Shown here one piece after another: positions 18,049 through 27,636 of a stretch of DNA of 64,000 nt. The notes below the pieces were generated by a model. That model ran no database searches and had not been told where the DNA came from. It worked only from the letters and a program-made list of their open reading frames with translations. Source of the DNA: Bacteroidota bacterium (GTDB taxonomy: Bacteria; Bacteroidota; Bacteroidia; 2-12-FULL-35-15); contig JANYDQ010000157.1 of assembly GCA_025363555.1 (NCBI GenBank), positions 2,247-66,246 of the forward strand. Direction: 5' to 3'. Numbering within the stretch: the first letter of the stretch is position 1; every line of letters starts with the position of its first letter. The position numbers and the translations under genes were made by a program.

Positions 18049-18660
18049 ATGAAAAAAACAATAACTCTAATTTTATCTGCCGTTACTATGTTTTCGGCAA
18101 ATGCAACCATTCGCACTATTACTTGTCAGGACAGTCCTTCCCATTTTTTACCTGTTACGCTAAATGCTGCGGTTGGGGATACCATACACTGGACATGGAT
18201 TGCAGGTGATCACGTGGTGGGTCCGGTAAACTCATCTTTTATACCAACCGGTGCCGCTATGTTTAATGTACCAATTGATATGAGCAATCATTCTTTCAAT
18301 TATGTGGTAACAGTTGCGGGAAACTATCATTATGTTTGCCACCCGGCTTCTCCTCACGGGGAAGATGGTTACATTGTGGTTTCAGGTACTGCTGGAGTTG
18401 CGAATTATACCACTTTGAATACTCTTTTTTCAATTTATCCTAATCCTTCCAGCGGAAATTTTCAATTTTCAATTTCAGATTTAACGTTTACTTCAAATTG
18501 TAAAGTGGTGATTTATAACATACATGGACAAGTTATTTATACTTCGGAAATTACAAATTCACAATCGGAAATTGATTTGAGTACAGAAACAAAAGGGCTT
18601 TATTTTTTAGAATATTTTAATGGAGAATCAATTCTTACTAAAAAAATAGCGATACAATAA
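18049..18660 (+). CDS. Cupredoxin (plastocyanin-like) domain protein with T9SS CTD
   Basis: Signal peptide; F.P..L....GDTI.W.....H.V and G.YHYVC motifs; IYPNPSSG...KKIAIQ tail. Confidence 0.82.
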   Translation: MKKTITLILSAVTMFSANATIRTITCQDSPSHFLPVTLNAAVGDTIHWTWIAGDHVVGPVNSSFIPTGAAMFNVPIDMSNHSFNYVVTVAGNYHYVCHPASPHGEDGYIVVSGTAGVANYTTLNTLFSIYPNPSSGNFQFSISDLTFTSNCKVVIYNIHGQVIYTSEITNSQSEIDLSTETKGLYFLEYFNGESILTKKIAIQ

Positions 18661-18698
18661 ATAAACAAAATCAACTAACAACTAACAATAAAACAAAA

Positions 18699-20954
18699 AT
18701 GAAAAAAACAATTACCCTTTTAACCGCTTTGATGTTCATAATAGTGATTTCCAAAGCACAAACCAATTACCTCGATTCGTATATAGGTAATTCACCTACC
18801 ATGACTGTTATTGCAACAAGTGCGAACCAGTTAAATATGCCACAGGATTTAGACTTTAAACCCGGCACCAATGAATTATGGGTTTGCCAGTATGGAGATG
18901 CAACGGGAGGATCCATGGATATTTTTTACAATGCAGGAATGAGTTCACAAACAAACCAGTTAAGGCACGATTCTCACGCTGACCATTTTTATTATTATCC
19001 AAGTGCCATCGCATTTAGTAACATAGGTGAATTAGCGAACACCAACGAAATACAAAACACCTCTTCCTCTTCTACCACTTTTATGGGTCCTGCCCTTTGG
19101 CTGGCTGATACTGCAATTTTTGCAAACATTTGGCAGGGAGGATGGTCAAATGGATACCCTTTGGGAAGTCATATTGATATGCTGCACCAAAGTCCGTTTT
19201 CAATGGGAATTGCCTGGGACAGCGCAAAAGCATATTGGGTGATGGATGGCTATAATGGTAATATCTGCAAATATGATTTTGTGAACGATCACAGTCCCGG
19301 TTATGACAATCATTCCGCAGGGAAGATATGGCGTTATTCGGATGTTACGGTTACCCGTGTGCCCCAGGTGCCAAGCCACATGGTGCTTGATAAAACAAAC
19401 GGATGGCTTTATTTTATTGATGGCGGAAGCAAAAAAGTAAAAAGAATGAATGTAAATAATGGGGTGATTTCGGGAACTCTTACCGTGCCAAGCACAGCAA
19501 ATGAAAGCCTAGCCGGATATTGGAATGTGTTGGGAAGCACCGTTCAAACATTGGATTCGTTAACTACTCAACCGTGCGGAATGGATTATTATAATGGAAG
19601 ATTGGTTGTTTCTGATTATACTAATGGAAACATTTATTTGTATAACACAGCAGGTACGTTTTCTATACTTGATACTATTGTTACCGGGCACCCCGGAATG
19701 ATGGGCGTTAAGATTGGTAACGATGGGCACATCTGGTGCGTAAATAAAACAGAAAATAAAATTTACCGGTTGGATGTTGCTTTACCTGCGCTTGATGCAG
19801 CAATTGTAAAAATTACTTCTCCTAATGTAGTACCTTTTTTAAGTAAATATTATTCTGTTATTTTTGATGTTTGCAGCGGAACTATCACCCCTTCTGTTGA
19901 TGTAAAAAACACAGGAAGTACTGCAATTACAAGTATGGAAATCCACTACTCCATTGATGGTGGCACACATACTGTTTATAGCTGGAACGGTTCGTTAGCA
20001 TCCGGCAGCACCACCTCTGTGGCTTTGCCAAATGGTGCAATAACTTATGGTGCTCATCGGTTAGATGTAATGATTATGATGGTGAACGGTATGGCTGATG
20101 ATGTGGAGATGAACAACAACATGATGGGTTCTTTCAGGGCATTTACTCCGGTTCAGAATTTGCCATTTACAGAGAATTTTAATGTTACCTCTTTCCCACC
20201 GCCAAACTGGAGTTATGTACATTTTAATACCAATGATTTTATGAGCCATTCTGCGGCAGGAGGTTTTGGAAACAGTACGGGCAGCATGATGATGAATAAT
20301 TATTCCGGAACTACTGATATTACAGGGCAAAAAGATTACCTGATGTCTCCATTGCTTAATTTCACTTCTATTTCAAGCAATACTTACCTGCACTTTGATG
20401 TTGCCTACGCTCAATATAATACTTCAAGCGTGGATGAGTTAAAAATATTAGCGTCTTCCGATTGCGGAAACAGCTGGACCCAGGTATATGACAAATCAGG
20501 TGCTGCCCTTTCTACTGCTCCTCCCGCAACAGCTGCATTCTCGCCCACTTCTTCACAATGGAGAACCGATAACAGTATAAATCTGAATTCATTTTCGGGG
20601 CAAAGCGAAGTAATGTTTATGTTTACTTCTATCAGCAATTTCGGAAATAATTTTTTTATAGATAACATTGGCATCGGAGCTTATAACTTAGGGATAAACG
20701 AAACTGACAATTCTGTTTCGTTTAGCGTATTTCCAAATCCGGCAACGGAAGAAGTTACCGTTGAATTTTCAACGTTAGCTACTTCAAAAATAATTGTTAC
20801 TGATATTTTGGGTAAAAATATTTTTTCGCAAGAAATTCCTTTTGGTCAGAAAAGTGTTCAGTTAAATACATCTTTATGGGATAACGGATTTTATTTTGTT
20901 ACCGTGAAATCAGGCATTGACACGGGCACACAAAAGTTGGTTGTTGAAAAATAA
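18699..20954 (+). CDS. T9SS-secreted His/Met-rich beta-propeller protein with CARDB-like and beta-sandwich domains and CTD
   Basis: Signal peptide; PQDLDF.P...ELWV blades; HDSHADH, SHIDMLH, DHSPGYDNH; V.VKNTG CARDB-like segment; VFPNPA tail. Confidence 0.78.
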   Translation: MKKTITLLTALMFIIVISKAQTNYLDSYIGNSPTMTVIATSANQLNMPQDLDFKPGTNELWVCQYGDATGGSMDIFYNAGMSSQTNQLRHDSHADHFYYYPSAIAFSNIGELANTNEIQNTSSSSTTFMGPALWLADTAIFANIWQGGWSNGYPLGSHIDMLHQSPFSMGIAWDSAKAYWVMDGYNGNICKYDFVNDHSPGYDNHSAGKIWRYSDVTVTRVPQVPSHMVLDKTNGWLYFIDGGSKKVKRMNVNNGVISGTLTVPSTANESLAGYWNVLGSTVQTLDSLTTQPCGMDYYNGRLVVSDYTNGNIYLYNTAGTFSILDTIVTGHPGMMGVKIGNDGHIWCVNKTENKIYRLDVALPALDAAIVKITSPNVVPFLSKYYSVIFDVCSGTITPSVDVKNTGSTAITSMEIHYSIDGGTHTVYSWNGSLASGSTTSVALPNGAITYGAHRLDVMIMMVNGMADDVEMNNNMMGSFRAFTPVQNLPFTENFNVTSFPPPNWSYVHFNTNDFMSHSAAGGFGNSTGSMMMNNYSGTTDITGQKDYLMSPLLNFTSISSNTYLHFDVAYAQYNTSSVDELKILASSDCGNSWTQVYDKSGAALSTAPPATAAFSPTSSQWRTDNSINLNSFSGQSEVMFMFTSISNFGNNFFIDNIGIGAYNLGINETDNSVSFSVFPNPATEEVTVEFSTLATSKIIVTDILGKNIFSQEIPFGQKSVQLNTSLWDNGFYFVTVKSGIDTGTQKLVVEK

Positions 20955-20977
20955 TAAATGTGAGTAACAAAACATTC

Positions 20978-21029
20978 ATTACTTCACCGAAATCCTTCTT
21001 TTAACCAGGAAGGGTTTTGGCGAAGTAAT
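20978..21029 (+). other. Long intergenic RNA hairpin
   Basis: ATTACTTC-ACCGAAATCCTTCT pairs with AGGAAGGGTTTTGGC-GAAGTAAT (several G-U pairs); no U-tract. Confidence 0.65.
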
Positions 21030-21078
21030 AAAATTCATTAGAAACTTTTTCAAAAAAAATGTTACAAAACATAATGCA

Positions 21079-21495
21079 ATGAAAATGCAGCTCCCTGTTC
21101 TTTTTGTGCTGGTTTTTTACCTTTTAATAAACTCTTCCTGTACTTCTAAAAAAGGTGGAATTTGTGATGCCAGCCCAAAAGGAGATGTTATCTTAAATGT
21201 GTTTATGAAACATGAGCAACATTCGGTCGGGAATTTGAAAACGTACAGGGACACTGTATATGTTAAATACAATACAACTATTTCCCCAGGCACTCATCCT
21301 TCTGATTATGATGCTGCTTTTATAGGCGAGTGGCCCGGAGATTCGGTTTACATACCTAATTTGAGCTGCGGTAATTATTTTATCTATGATGTTGGATTTG
21401 ATAATATTCATTCTCACCATGCAACCGGAGGAATGCTGCTAGTAGTAAAAGATAATGCCGGTGTGCTAAACATAACCGTTCCGGCAATTGAATAA
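21079..21495 (+). CDS. Putative lipoprotein, unknown function (His-containing)
   Basis: Hydrophobic N-terminus ending NSSC; KHEQH and HSHH motifs. Confidence 0.7.
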   Translation: MKMQLPVLFVLVFYLLINSSCTSKKGGICDASPKGDVILNVFMKHEQHSVGNLKTYRDTVYVKYNTTISPGTHPSDYDAAFIGEWPGDSVYIPNLSCGNYFIYDVGFDNIHSHHATGGMLLVVKDNAGVLNITVPAIE

Positions 21496-21617
21496 GGAAG
21501 CAAATAACTTTTGTTTAGCTGATGCAAAAGGGGATGAAGTCTGTAGGTTTGTGTTTAAGTTAATTTCCGGCTTCACCCGCATCGGTTAAAAAAAAACAAA
21601 TTTTTAAAAATATAACA

Positions 21618-21824
21618 ATGAAAAAAATAGTGAGTGTGTTAATTATTTCGGCAATGGTGTTTGTGTCATGCACTAATACTGATAAGCCGGAAAGGAAAAC
21701 CATAGGTGCTGCAACTGATACGGCAACGCTGTATCAATGCCCAATGCATCCTGAAGTAACAAGTACCAAACCCGATACGTGTAGTAAATGTGGCATGGAT
21801 TTGGACAAAGTGGAGAAGAAGTAA
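21618..21824 (+). CDS. Heavy-metal-binding domain (HMBD) lipoprotein
   Basis: Lipobox FVSC; YQCPMHPEV...CSKCGMDL motif. Confidence 0.88.
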   Translation: MKKIVSVLIISAMVFVSCTNTDKPERKTIGAATDTATLYQCPMHPEVTSTKPDTCSKCGMDLDKVEKK

Positions 21825-21846
21825 TTGTAAACTTAAAAAAAATAAA

Positions 21847-22407
21847 ATGAAAAAAATAATCATTTTAATGGGTGTAATAATAATTACAACATTAAGCGCA
21901 AATGCACAAAAAAAACACGAACATAAAAGTAAGGCAGAAACAAGTGTTGTGCCGGTGTTTGATAAACCAAATGCAGATGTACAAACACAAATTAATAATT
22001 TACTAATAGTGTATTATAAAATGAAAGATGCCCTTGTTGCAGACAAAGATGCAGATGCAATGGCTGCTGCTAAAGAATTTAGGAAAGCACTTGAAAAGGT
22101 GGATATGAATAAAATGACGAGCGCGGAACATACTTACTATATGGATTTGCAAACCAAACTGGATTATGATGCGGAGCATATAAGCGGAGCGCCAAACATT
22201 GAGCATATCAGGGAGCATTTTGAAACCCTCTCTGTTAATATGTTTGCTCTTGTGAAAGCATTTAAAGCGAATGACGGAAAGGCGGTTTACTATGATTATT
22301 GCCCGATGAAAAAGGCAAGCTGGATAAGCAATGGGGAGGAAATAAAAAATCCATACTATGGTAAAAAGATGATGGACTGCGGGAGTGTGAAGGATAGTAT
22401 AAAATAA
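21847..22407 (+). CDS. DUF3347 domain periplasmic protein (metal-efflux associated)
   Basis: Signal peptide from ATG 21847; Y..MKDALVA.D; R..F..LS; YCPMKKASW.S....I.NPYYG..M..CG. Confidence 0.85.
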   Translation: MKKIIILMGVIIITTLSANAQKKHEHKSKAETSVVPVFDKPNADVQTQINNLLIVYYKMKDALVADKDADAMAAAKEFRKALEKVDMNKMTSAEHTYYMDLQTKLDYDAEHISGAPNIEHIREHFETLSVNMFALVKAFKANDGKAVYYDYCPMKKASWISNGEEIKNPYYGKKMMDCGSVKDSIK

Positions 22408-22700
22408 ATTTAATTGAAAGGTATTGACATAATAAAAACGTGTGAATAATGGAAGTTGTTTTATAAGTTGTGTAACTTTTAATGCTTTAAAAATATTGAC
22501 TTTTGTATTCAGTGAAAAGTAAGGTGTCTTACTGGAAAACAGAAATATGATAAATATCATAGTATGAATTGACAGAAATCATATTTTATGATTGGAAAAC
22601 AAATAATTTTGTGATGAAATTTTAATTTAATAATCGGGCGACAGAGAAACTGAAGAACGGGTGACAGCGTTACTGAAAAAAAATAAAAATAATAATTATT

Positions 22701-23051
22701 ATGAAAAACAAAAAATCAATTTCAGCAATTTTAGCTACAATGCTAATGCTGGTAGTATGCTTTACAGCAAGTAATTCTTTTGCACAAACGAAAACTGCAC
22801 CTGCAACAATGAAAGATTGTTGTATGATGAAGGACGGAAAAATGATGCAAATGAAAGATGGAAAAATGATGCCGATGGACAAAGAAATGACAATGAAAAA
22901 TGGAACGAAGTGTATGGTTAATGGTGAATGTATTATGAAAGACGGAAAAAAAATGAAGATGAAAGAAGGTGATTGTATGGATATGGATGGCAAAATGGAC
23001 AAATGTTCAATGATGAACAAAGACGCTAAAGGTTCAACAGAAAAGAAATAG
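22701..23051 (+). CDS. Met/Cys-rich periplasmic protein (DUF6799 / CopK-like putative Cu(I)/Ag(I) sponge)
   Basis: Signal peptide; repeated MKDGKMM units; about 20 Met and 6 Cys in the ~88-aa mature part. Confidence 0.8.
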   Translation: MKNKKSISAILATMLMLVVCFTASNSFAQTKTAPATMKDCCMMKDGKMMQMKDGKMMPMDKEMTMKNGTKCMVNGECIMKDGKKMKMKEGDCMDMDGKMDKCSMMNKDAKGSTEKK

Positions 23052-23069
23052 CGAAAGTAAGAGTATAAT

Positions 23070-23109
23070 AAGGATTCTGTAATTTTATTGAAAGTTGCAG
23101 AATCCTTTT
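23070..23109 (+). terminator. Intrinsic terminator after the Met-rich protein
   Basis: AAGGATTCTGTAATTT / AAAGTTGCAGAATCCTT stem followed by T-tract; abuts the next promoter element TATCTTTG (23109-23116). Confidence 0.72.
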
Positions 23110-23122
23110 ATCTTTGAATAAA

Positions 23123-23602
23123 ATGAAAACAAAATCTAAAAGTATCTTCATTGCATCAACGCCTGAAAAAGTGTTTCAGCAGATGGATGATTTTTCTAAA
23201 ACCGGAATGCATATGACTGAAAGTTCGATGATGATGGGAAGTAAATTGAAGTTGGAACAACTTTCTGCGAATGCAAGCGGTGTAGGTCCTAAATACAGGT
23301 GGTATGGTAAAATGATGGGTATGGTAATGGATTTCAGCGAAACGGTTATGAAGTGGCAACCTCCTGTAATTAAGGAATGGGAGATAGTGGGGGAGGCAAA
23401 AATTATTATAATGTCGTGGTACAGGATGTGGTTTGAAATTTCTCCTGATGAAAATGGAACGGTTGCAAAAATTTCTATCAGTTATTTGCCTCCAAAGGAA
23501 TGGTATTATAAAATTCTTTCTTTCTTTTTTGCAAACTGGTATTGTAACTGGTGTTTGAATAATATGCTAAGTGATACAAAAAGTGCACTGGAAAATAAAT
23601 GA
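23123..23602 (+). CDS. SRPBCC (START-like) family protein, Met-rich
   Basis: SIFI.STPEKVF..MDD start; GVG.KYRW.G; E.V.KW.PP; C-terminal helix; ATG 23123 preferred over TTG 23114. Confidence 0.75.
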   Translation: MKTKSKSIFIASTPEKVFQQMDDFSKTGMHMTESSMMMGSKLKLEQLSANASGVGPKYRWYGKMMGMVMDFSETVMKWQPPVIKEWEIVGEAKIIIMSWYRMWFEISPDENGTVAKISISYLPPKEWYYKILSFFFANWYCNWCLNNMLSDTKSALENK

Positions 23603-26346
23603 TAAGCAGAATTCGGCAAATGCAATTTTATAGCCAACCTATTGATTCCATTATTGAGTACTTTAAAAGTGATTCCAAGGAAGGGCTTTCTTATCAGGAC
23701 ATTGAATTTAACAGAAAAAAGTGGGGAAATAATGTCTTAAAGGAATCAAATAAAAGGAGTATTTGGGTAACTCTGTACGGGCAATTTACTGATTTGCTTG
23801 TTGTCATTTTCATTTGCGCGGGGGTGCTCGATTTCTATTTGGGACAAACCAGGGATGGTACTGTGTTAATTGCTATTGTTGTTTCTAATGCATTGATTGG
23901 GTTTTACCAGGAACTGAAAGCAGAAAATATTCTTGCATCGTTGAAAAAATTAGTTGTTGAAAAATGTAAAGTTTTAAGAGATGGAAAAACAGTTGAAATA
24001 TTGGTTGAAGATATTGTGGCGGGAGATGTAGTGAAATTATTTGAAGGGGATGGTGTTCCTGCGGATATTCGCCTTATTAAGTCAAATGGATTTTCAGCTA
24101 ATGAATTTATTCTAACTGGCGAATCGTTGCCTTCTGAAAAGGATTATGATTTTATTACTGATAAAACACTTCCTGTTTCGGAAATTAAGAATTGTGCATT
24201 TATGGGAACTACTGTTGCAAGAGGTGAAGCAACTGGAATTGTGTATGCAACGGGAATGCAAACGGAAATAGGCAAGATAAGTGCCACTTCAAAGAAAATT
24301 AAAACAGATTTAACTCCTGTGCAGGTTGAAGCGGCAGATGTAGCAAAAAAAGTAATGTGGGGTACGATAATAATTGCTGTTCCGCTTTTCGCAACACGAA
24401 TGATTTTGCACGATTCGATATTAGTAGCAGTTATTTTTACTATTGGTGTTGCCGCGGCAATGGTACCAGAAGGACTTCCTGCCCAAATATCAACCGCATT
24501 GGCATTAGGTGTGAGACGACTTGCGAAAAATAATGCGATTGTAAAAAGAATCTCGGCAGTAGAAACACTTGGTTCTGCAACAGTAATAGCTTCGGACAAA
24601 ACAGGAACAATTACAAGAAACGAAATGACGATAACCAATTGTTATTTTAATGGCAGTGAATATAGTGTTTCGGGGCTTGGATATGCTCCTTTCGGAGAGA
24701 TTGTATCAAAGGATAGGAGGCATCTTAATAAATCTGATATAGAAGAAGTGAAAGTCTTTTTTCTTTCAGGTTATCTTTCTTCAACGGGAAAAATTAATCC
24801 GCCTGACAAATACCACCCAACCTGGCATTGCATTGGAGACCCTACCGAATCATCGTTTGCAACACTTGCTATGAAAGCTGGTTTTACTTTGGAGGAAATT
24901 AATAATGAATATTCGATTGTTAAATCATTTGGATTTGATTCAATAAGAAAAAGGGCTTCAATTATCAGGAAACATAATGGCAAAACTATATCTTTTGTAA
25001 AAGGAGCAATTGAATCAATACTTGATGTATGTGATAAAATAATAATTAATGGTGAAATAAATGTGTTGGGCGAAGCAGAAAAAAAACAATTGCTTTCTAA
25101 TTCTACAGCGTACGCAATGAATTCGTTGCGAATAATTGCACTTGCTCATAAAGAACTTCAGGAAAAAGAATTTAATATTGATGATGCTGAACGTAACTTA
25201 ACTTTTGCTGGTTTTGTAACAATGCTCGACCCGCCTCACGAGGAGGTGAAAAGTGCAATAGAATCTGTATTCAAAGCACATATAAAAGTGTTTATGATTA
25301 CAGGTGATAATGAAATTACCGCCAATGCTATTGCTAAAAACATAGGGTTAATGAATGAGAACAATGAGTTTCCGAAAGTGATTAATAGTACATCATTAGC
25401 CGCAATGAGTGATGAACATTTAAAAGAAGTTTTCAAAAAAAGGGCGGTTGTATTTTCAAGAGTATCGCCTGATGATAAATTCAGGATAGTAGATTTATTG
25501 AAAAAGCAAGGTGAAATAGTTGCAGTAACTGGTGACGGTGTAAATGATACACTGAGTTTAAAGAGAGCAGACATTGGTGTGGCAATGGGTTTGAACGGCT
25601 CTAAAGTTGCGCAGGAAGCCGCCACCATAATTTTATTGGATGATAATTTCTCCACCATCGCACTTGCGGTTAAAGAAGGAAGAATTATTTTCAGGAATAT
25701 TGAAAAGACAGTAATAACAAATTTATCTTCTAATATTGCGGAGTTGATTTGCGTACTTGCAGGATTTGTCGGGGCTTTTTTCGGTATTGCCACCCCATTG
25801 TTAGTAATACAGATATTGGCAATGGATATGCTCGGTGAAATGTTTCCGCTGATGATGCTGACTTACGACCCGCCTGAAGAAACAATTATGGAAGACGCAC
25901 CGAGAAACCCAAAAGATAAAATACTTTCTAAGCAAGTGCTGAAAGGAATTATAGTAAGGGGTGCAGTGATGGGCTTTGCGGCTTATGGAGCGTTCCTTGC
26001 AGAATATTTTCATAATCATCATTTATCTAATCATTATGAAAAGGCCACCACTGTAACTTATGTTTCAATTCTTTTTGGACAAATTGCAAATATTCTTTCA
26101 AGAAGAACAAAAGGAAGTGTGTGGAGTAAATATTTATTTTCCAATCTTTATTTATGGGGTGCAATAGCATTGTCAATGGTTTTTATGTTGTTGATAGTTT
26201 ATGTTCCATTTTTGAATTTGTATTTTCATACCTCCTCATTATATTTGGTGGATTGGTTATTTCCAATCGCAGTATTTACGATATGTTTAATATCGTATGA
26301 ATATATGAAGAAATTTAATAGCAAGAAAAAAATAACATTGTTATAA
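23599..26346 (+). CDS. P-type ATPase, type II (cation-transporting)
   Basis: TGES, VPEGLP, DKTGT, GDPTE, KGA, DPP, MITGD, GDGVND motifs; 10-TM layout. Confidence 0.93.
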   Translation: MISRIRQMQFYSQPIDSIIEYFKSDSKEGLSYQDIEFNRKKWGNNVLKESNKRSIWVTLYGQFTDLLVVIFICAGVLDFYLGQTRDGTVLIAIVVSNALIGFYQELKAENILASLKKLVVEKCKVLRDGKTVEILVEDIVAGDVVKLFEGDGVPADIRLIKSNGFSANEFILTGESLPSEKDYDFITDKTLPVSEIKNCAFMGTTVARGEATGIVYATGMQTEIGKISATSKKIKTDLTPVQVEAADVAKKVMWGTIIIAVPLFATRMILHDSILVAVIFTIGVAAAMVPEGLPAQISTALALGVRRLAKNNAIVKRISAVETLGSATVIASDKTGTITRNEMTITNCYFNGSEYSVSGLGYAPFGEIVSKDRRHLNKSDIEEVKVFFLSGYLSSTGKINPPDKYHPTWHCIGDPTESSFATLAMKAGFTLEEINNEYSIVKSFGFDSIRKRASIIRKHNGKTISFVKGAIESILDVCDKIIINGEINVLGEAEKKQLLSNSTAYAMNSLRIIALAHKELQEKEFNIDDAERNLTFAGFVTMLDPPHEEVKSAIESVFKAHIKVFMITGDNEITANAIAKNIGLMNENNEFPKVINSTSLAAMSDEHLKEVFKKRAVVFSRVSPDDKFRIVDLLKKQGEIVAVTGDGVNDTLSLKRADIGVAMGLNGSKVAQEAATIILLDDNFSTIALAVKEGRIIFRNIEKTVITNLSSNIAELICVLAGFVGAFFGIATPLLVIQILAMDMLGEMFPLMMLTYDPPEETIMEDAPRNPKDKILSKQVLKGIIVRGAVMGFAAYGAFLAEYFHNHHLSNHYEKATTVTYVSILFGQIANILSRRTKGSVWSKYLFSNLYLWGAIALSMVFMLLIVYVPFLNLYFHTSSLYLVDWLFPIAVFTICLISYEYMKKFNSKKKITLL

Positions 26347-26358
26347 AGAAAAACAAAA

Positions 26359-27636
26359 ATGGTAAAGAAACTAATCGAAATAGCATTACGTAACAGGTTT
26401 ATAGTACTTGTGGTAGCGGCAGGATTGTTCGGATGGGGTATTTATAGTGTAAAAAATAATCCTGTAGATGCTATTCCTGACTTGTCGGAAAATCAGGTTA
26501 TCGTATTTACTGAATGGATGGGTCGCAGTCCGCAGATAATTGAAGACCAAATAACTTATCCGCTTGTAAGTAATTTGCAGGGGATTCCAAAAATAAAAAA
26601 TATACGAGGTACATCAATGTTCGGGATGAGCTTTGTATATGTAATTTTTGAAGATAATGTTGATATATATTGGGCAAGGACTCGCGTAACTGAACGGTTG
26701 AACTTTGCTCAACGGTTGTTGCCGCAAGGTGTTGTACCTTCACTGGGACCTGATGGAACCGGAGTAGGTCACGTTTTTTGGTACACACTGGATGCACCAA
26801 AAATGGATTTGGGCGAACAACGTGCTTTGCAGGATTGGTACATTAAGTTCGGCTTGCAAACTGTAAACGGTGTTGCGGAAGTTGCATCATTCGGTGGTTT
26901 TGAAAAACAGTACCAATTGGTTATTGACCCTTTGAAATTGCAATATTATAAATTATCAATGATGGATGTGATGCACGCTGTGCAGGATAATAATAATGAT
27001 GTAGGCGGAAGAAAATTTGAGATGAGCGATATGGCTTATATTATACGTGGACTTGGTTATATAAAAACAAAAGAAGATTTGGAAGGGATTGCGGTGATTA
27101 ATAATAATGGCATTCCAGTAAGAGTAAAAGATATTGCATCTGTGCAAATGGGTGGTGATTTGAGACTTGGTATTTTTGATGAAAATGGCGGGGGAGAAAA
27201 AGTAGGTGGAATAGTGGTTATGCGGTATGGAGAAAATGCAGACAGGGTAATAAATGCAGTAAAGGAAAAGATGAAAGATTTAGTAAAGGGACTACCGGAG
27301 GGGGTGAAATTCCATACTGCTTATGACAGGAGCAAATTGATTGAAGAAGCAATCGGTTCGGTAAAAGAAACATTGATTGAAGTATTAATTACAGTTTCAT
27401 TAGTAGTGATAATATTTCTATTTCATTGGCGAAGCGCATTAATAATTTTGATTCAACTGCCAATATCTGTAGCGGTAAGTTTTATTTTCCTTCAGGCATT
27501 CGGACTTTCATCTAATATAATGTCGTTAACAGGTATAGCACTGGCAATAGGTGTGGTGGTAGATGATGGTATAGTAATGGTGGAAAATGCGTATCGGCAT
27601 CTATCTGAAGAACAATTAAAAAGAAAGGAAAAATGA
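26359..27636 (+). CDS. cusA: CusA/CzcA heavy-metal RND transporter, N-terminal half
   Basis: DAIPDLSENQVIVFTEW.GRSP, S.FGMSFVYVIF, GPDGTGVG, NIMSL.GIALAIGV.VDDGIVMVEN; ends after TM4. Confidence 0.88.
   Translation: MVKKLIEIALRNRFIVLVVAAGLFGWGIYSVKNNPVDAIPDLSENQVIVFTEWMGRSPQIIEDQITYPLVSNLQGIPKIKNIRGTSMFGMSFVYVIFEDNVDIYWARTRVTERLNFAQRLLPQGVVPSLGPDGTGVGHVFWYTLDAPKMDLGEQRALQDWYIKFGLQTVNGVAEVASFGGFEKQYQLVIDPLKLQYYKLSMMDVMHAVQDNNNDVGGRKFEMSDMAYIIRGLGYIKTKEDLEGIAVINNNGIPVRVKDIASVQMGGDLRLGIFDENGGGEKVGGIVVMRYGENADRVINAVKEKMKDLVKGLPEGVKFHTAYDRSKLIEEAIGSVKETLIEVLITVSLVVIIFLFHWRSALIILIQLPISVAVSFIFLQAFGLSSNIMSLTGIALAIGVVVDDGIVMVENAYRHLSEEQLKRKEK

Noticed and set aside
22410..22700. Possible ncRNA or riboswitch in the 290-bp gap before the Met-rich gene
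   Set aside because: AT-rich with no convincing stem or known aptamer consensus visible by eye; a covariance-model search would be needed.
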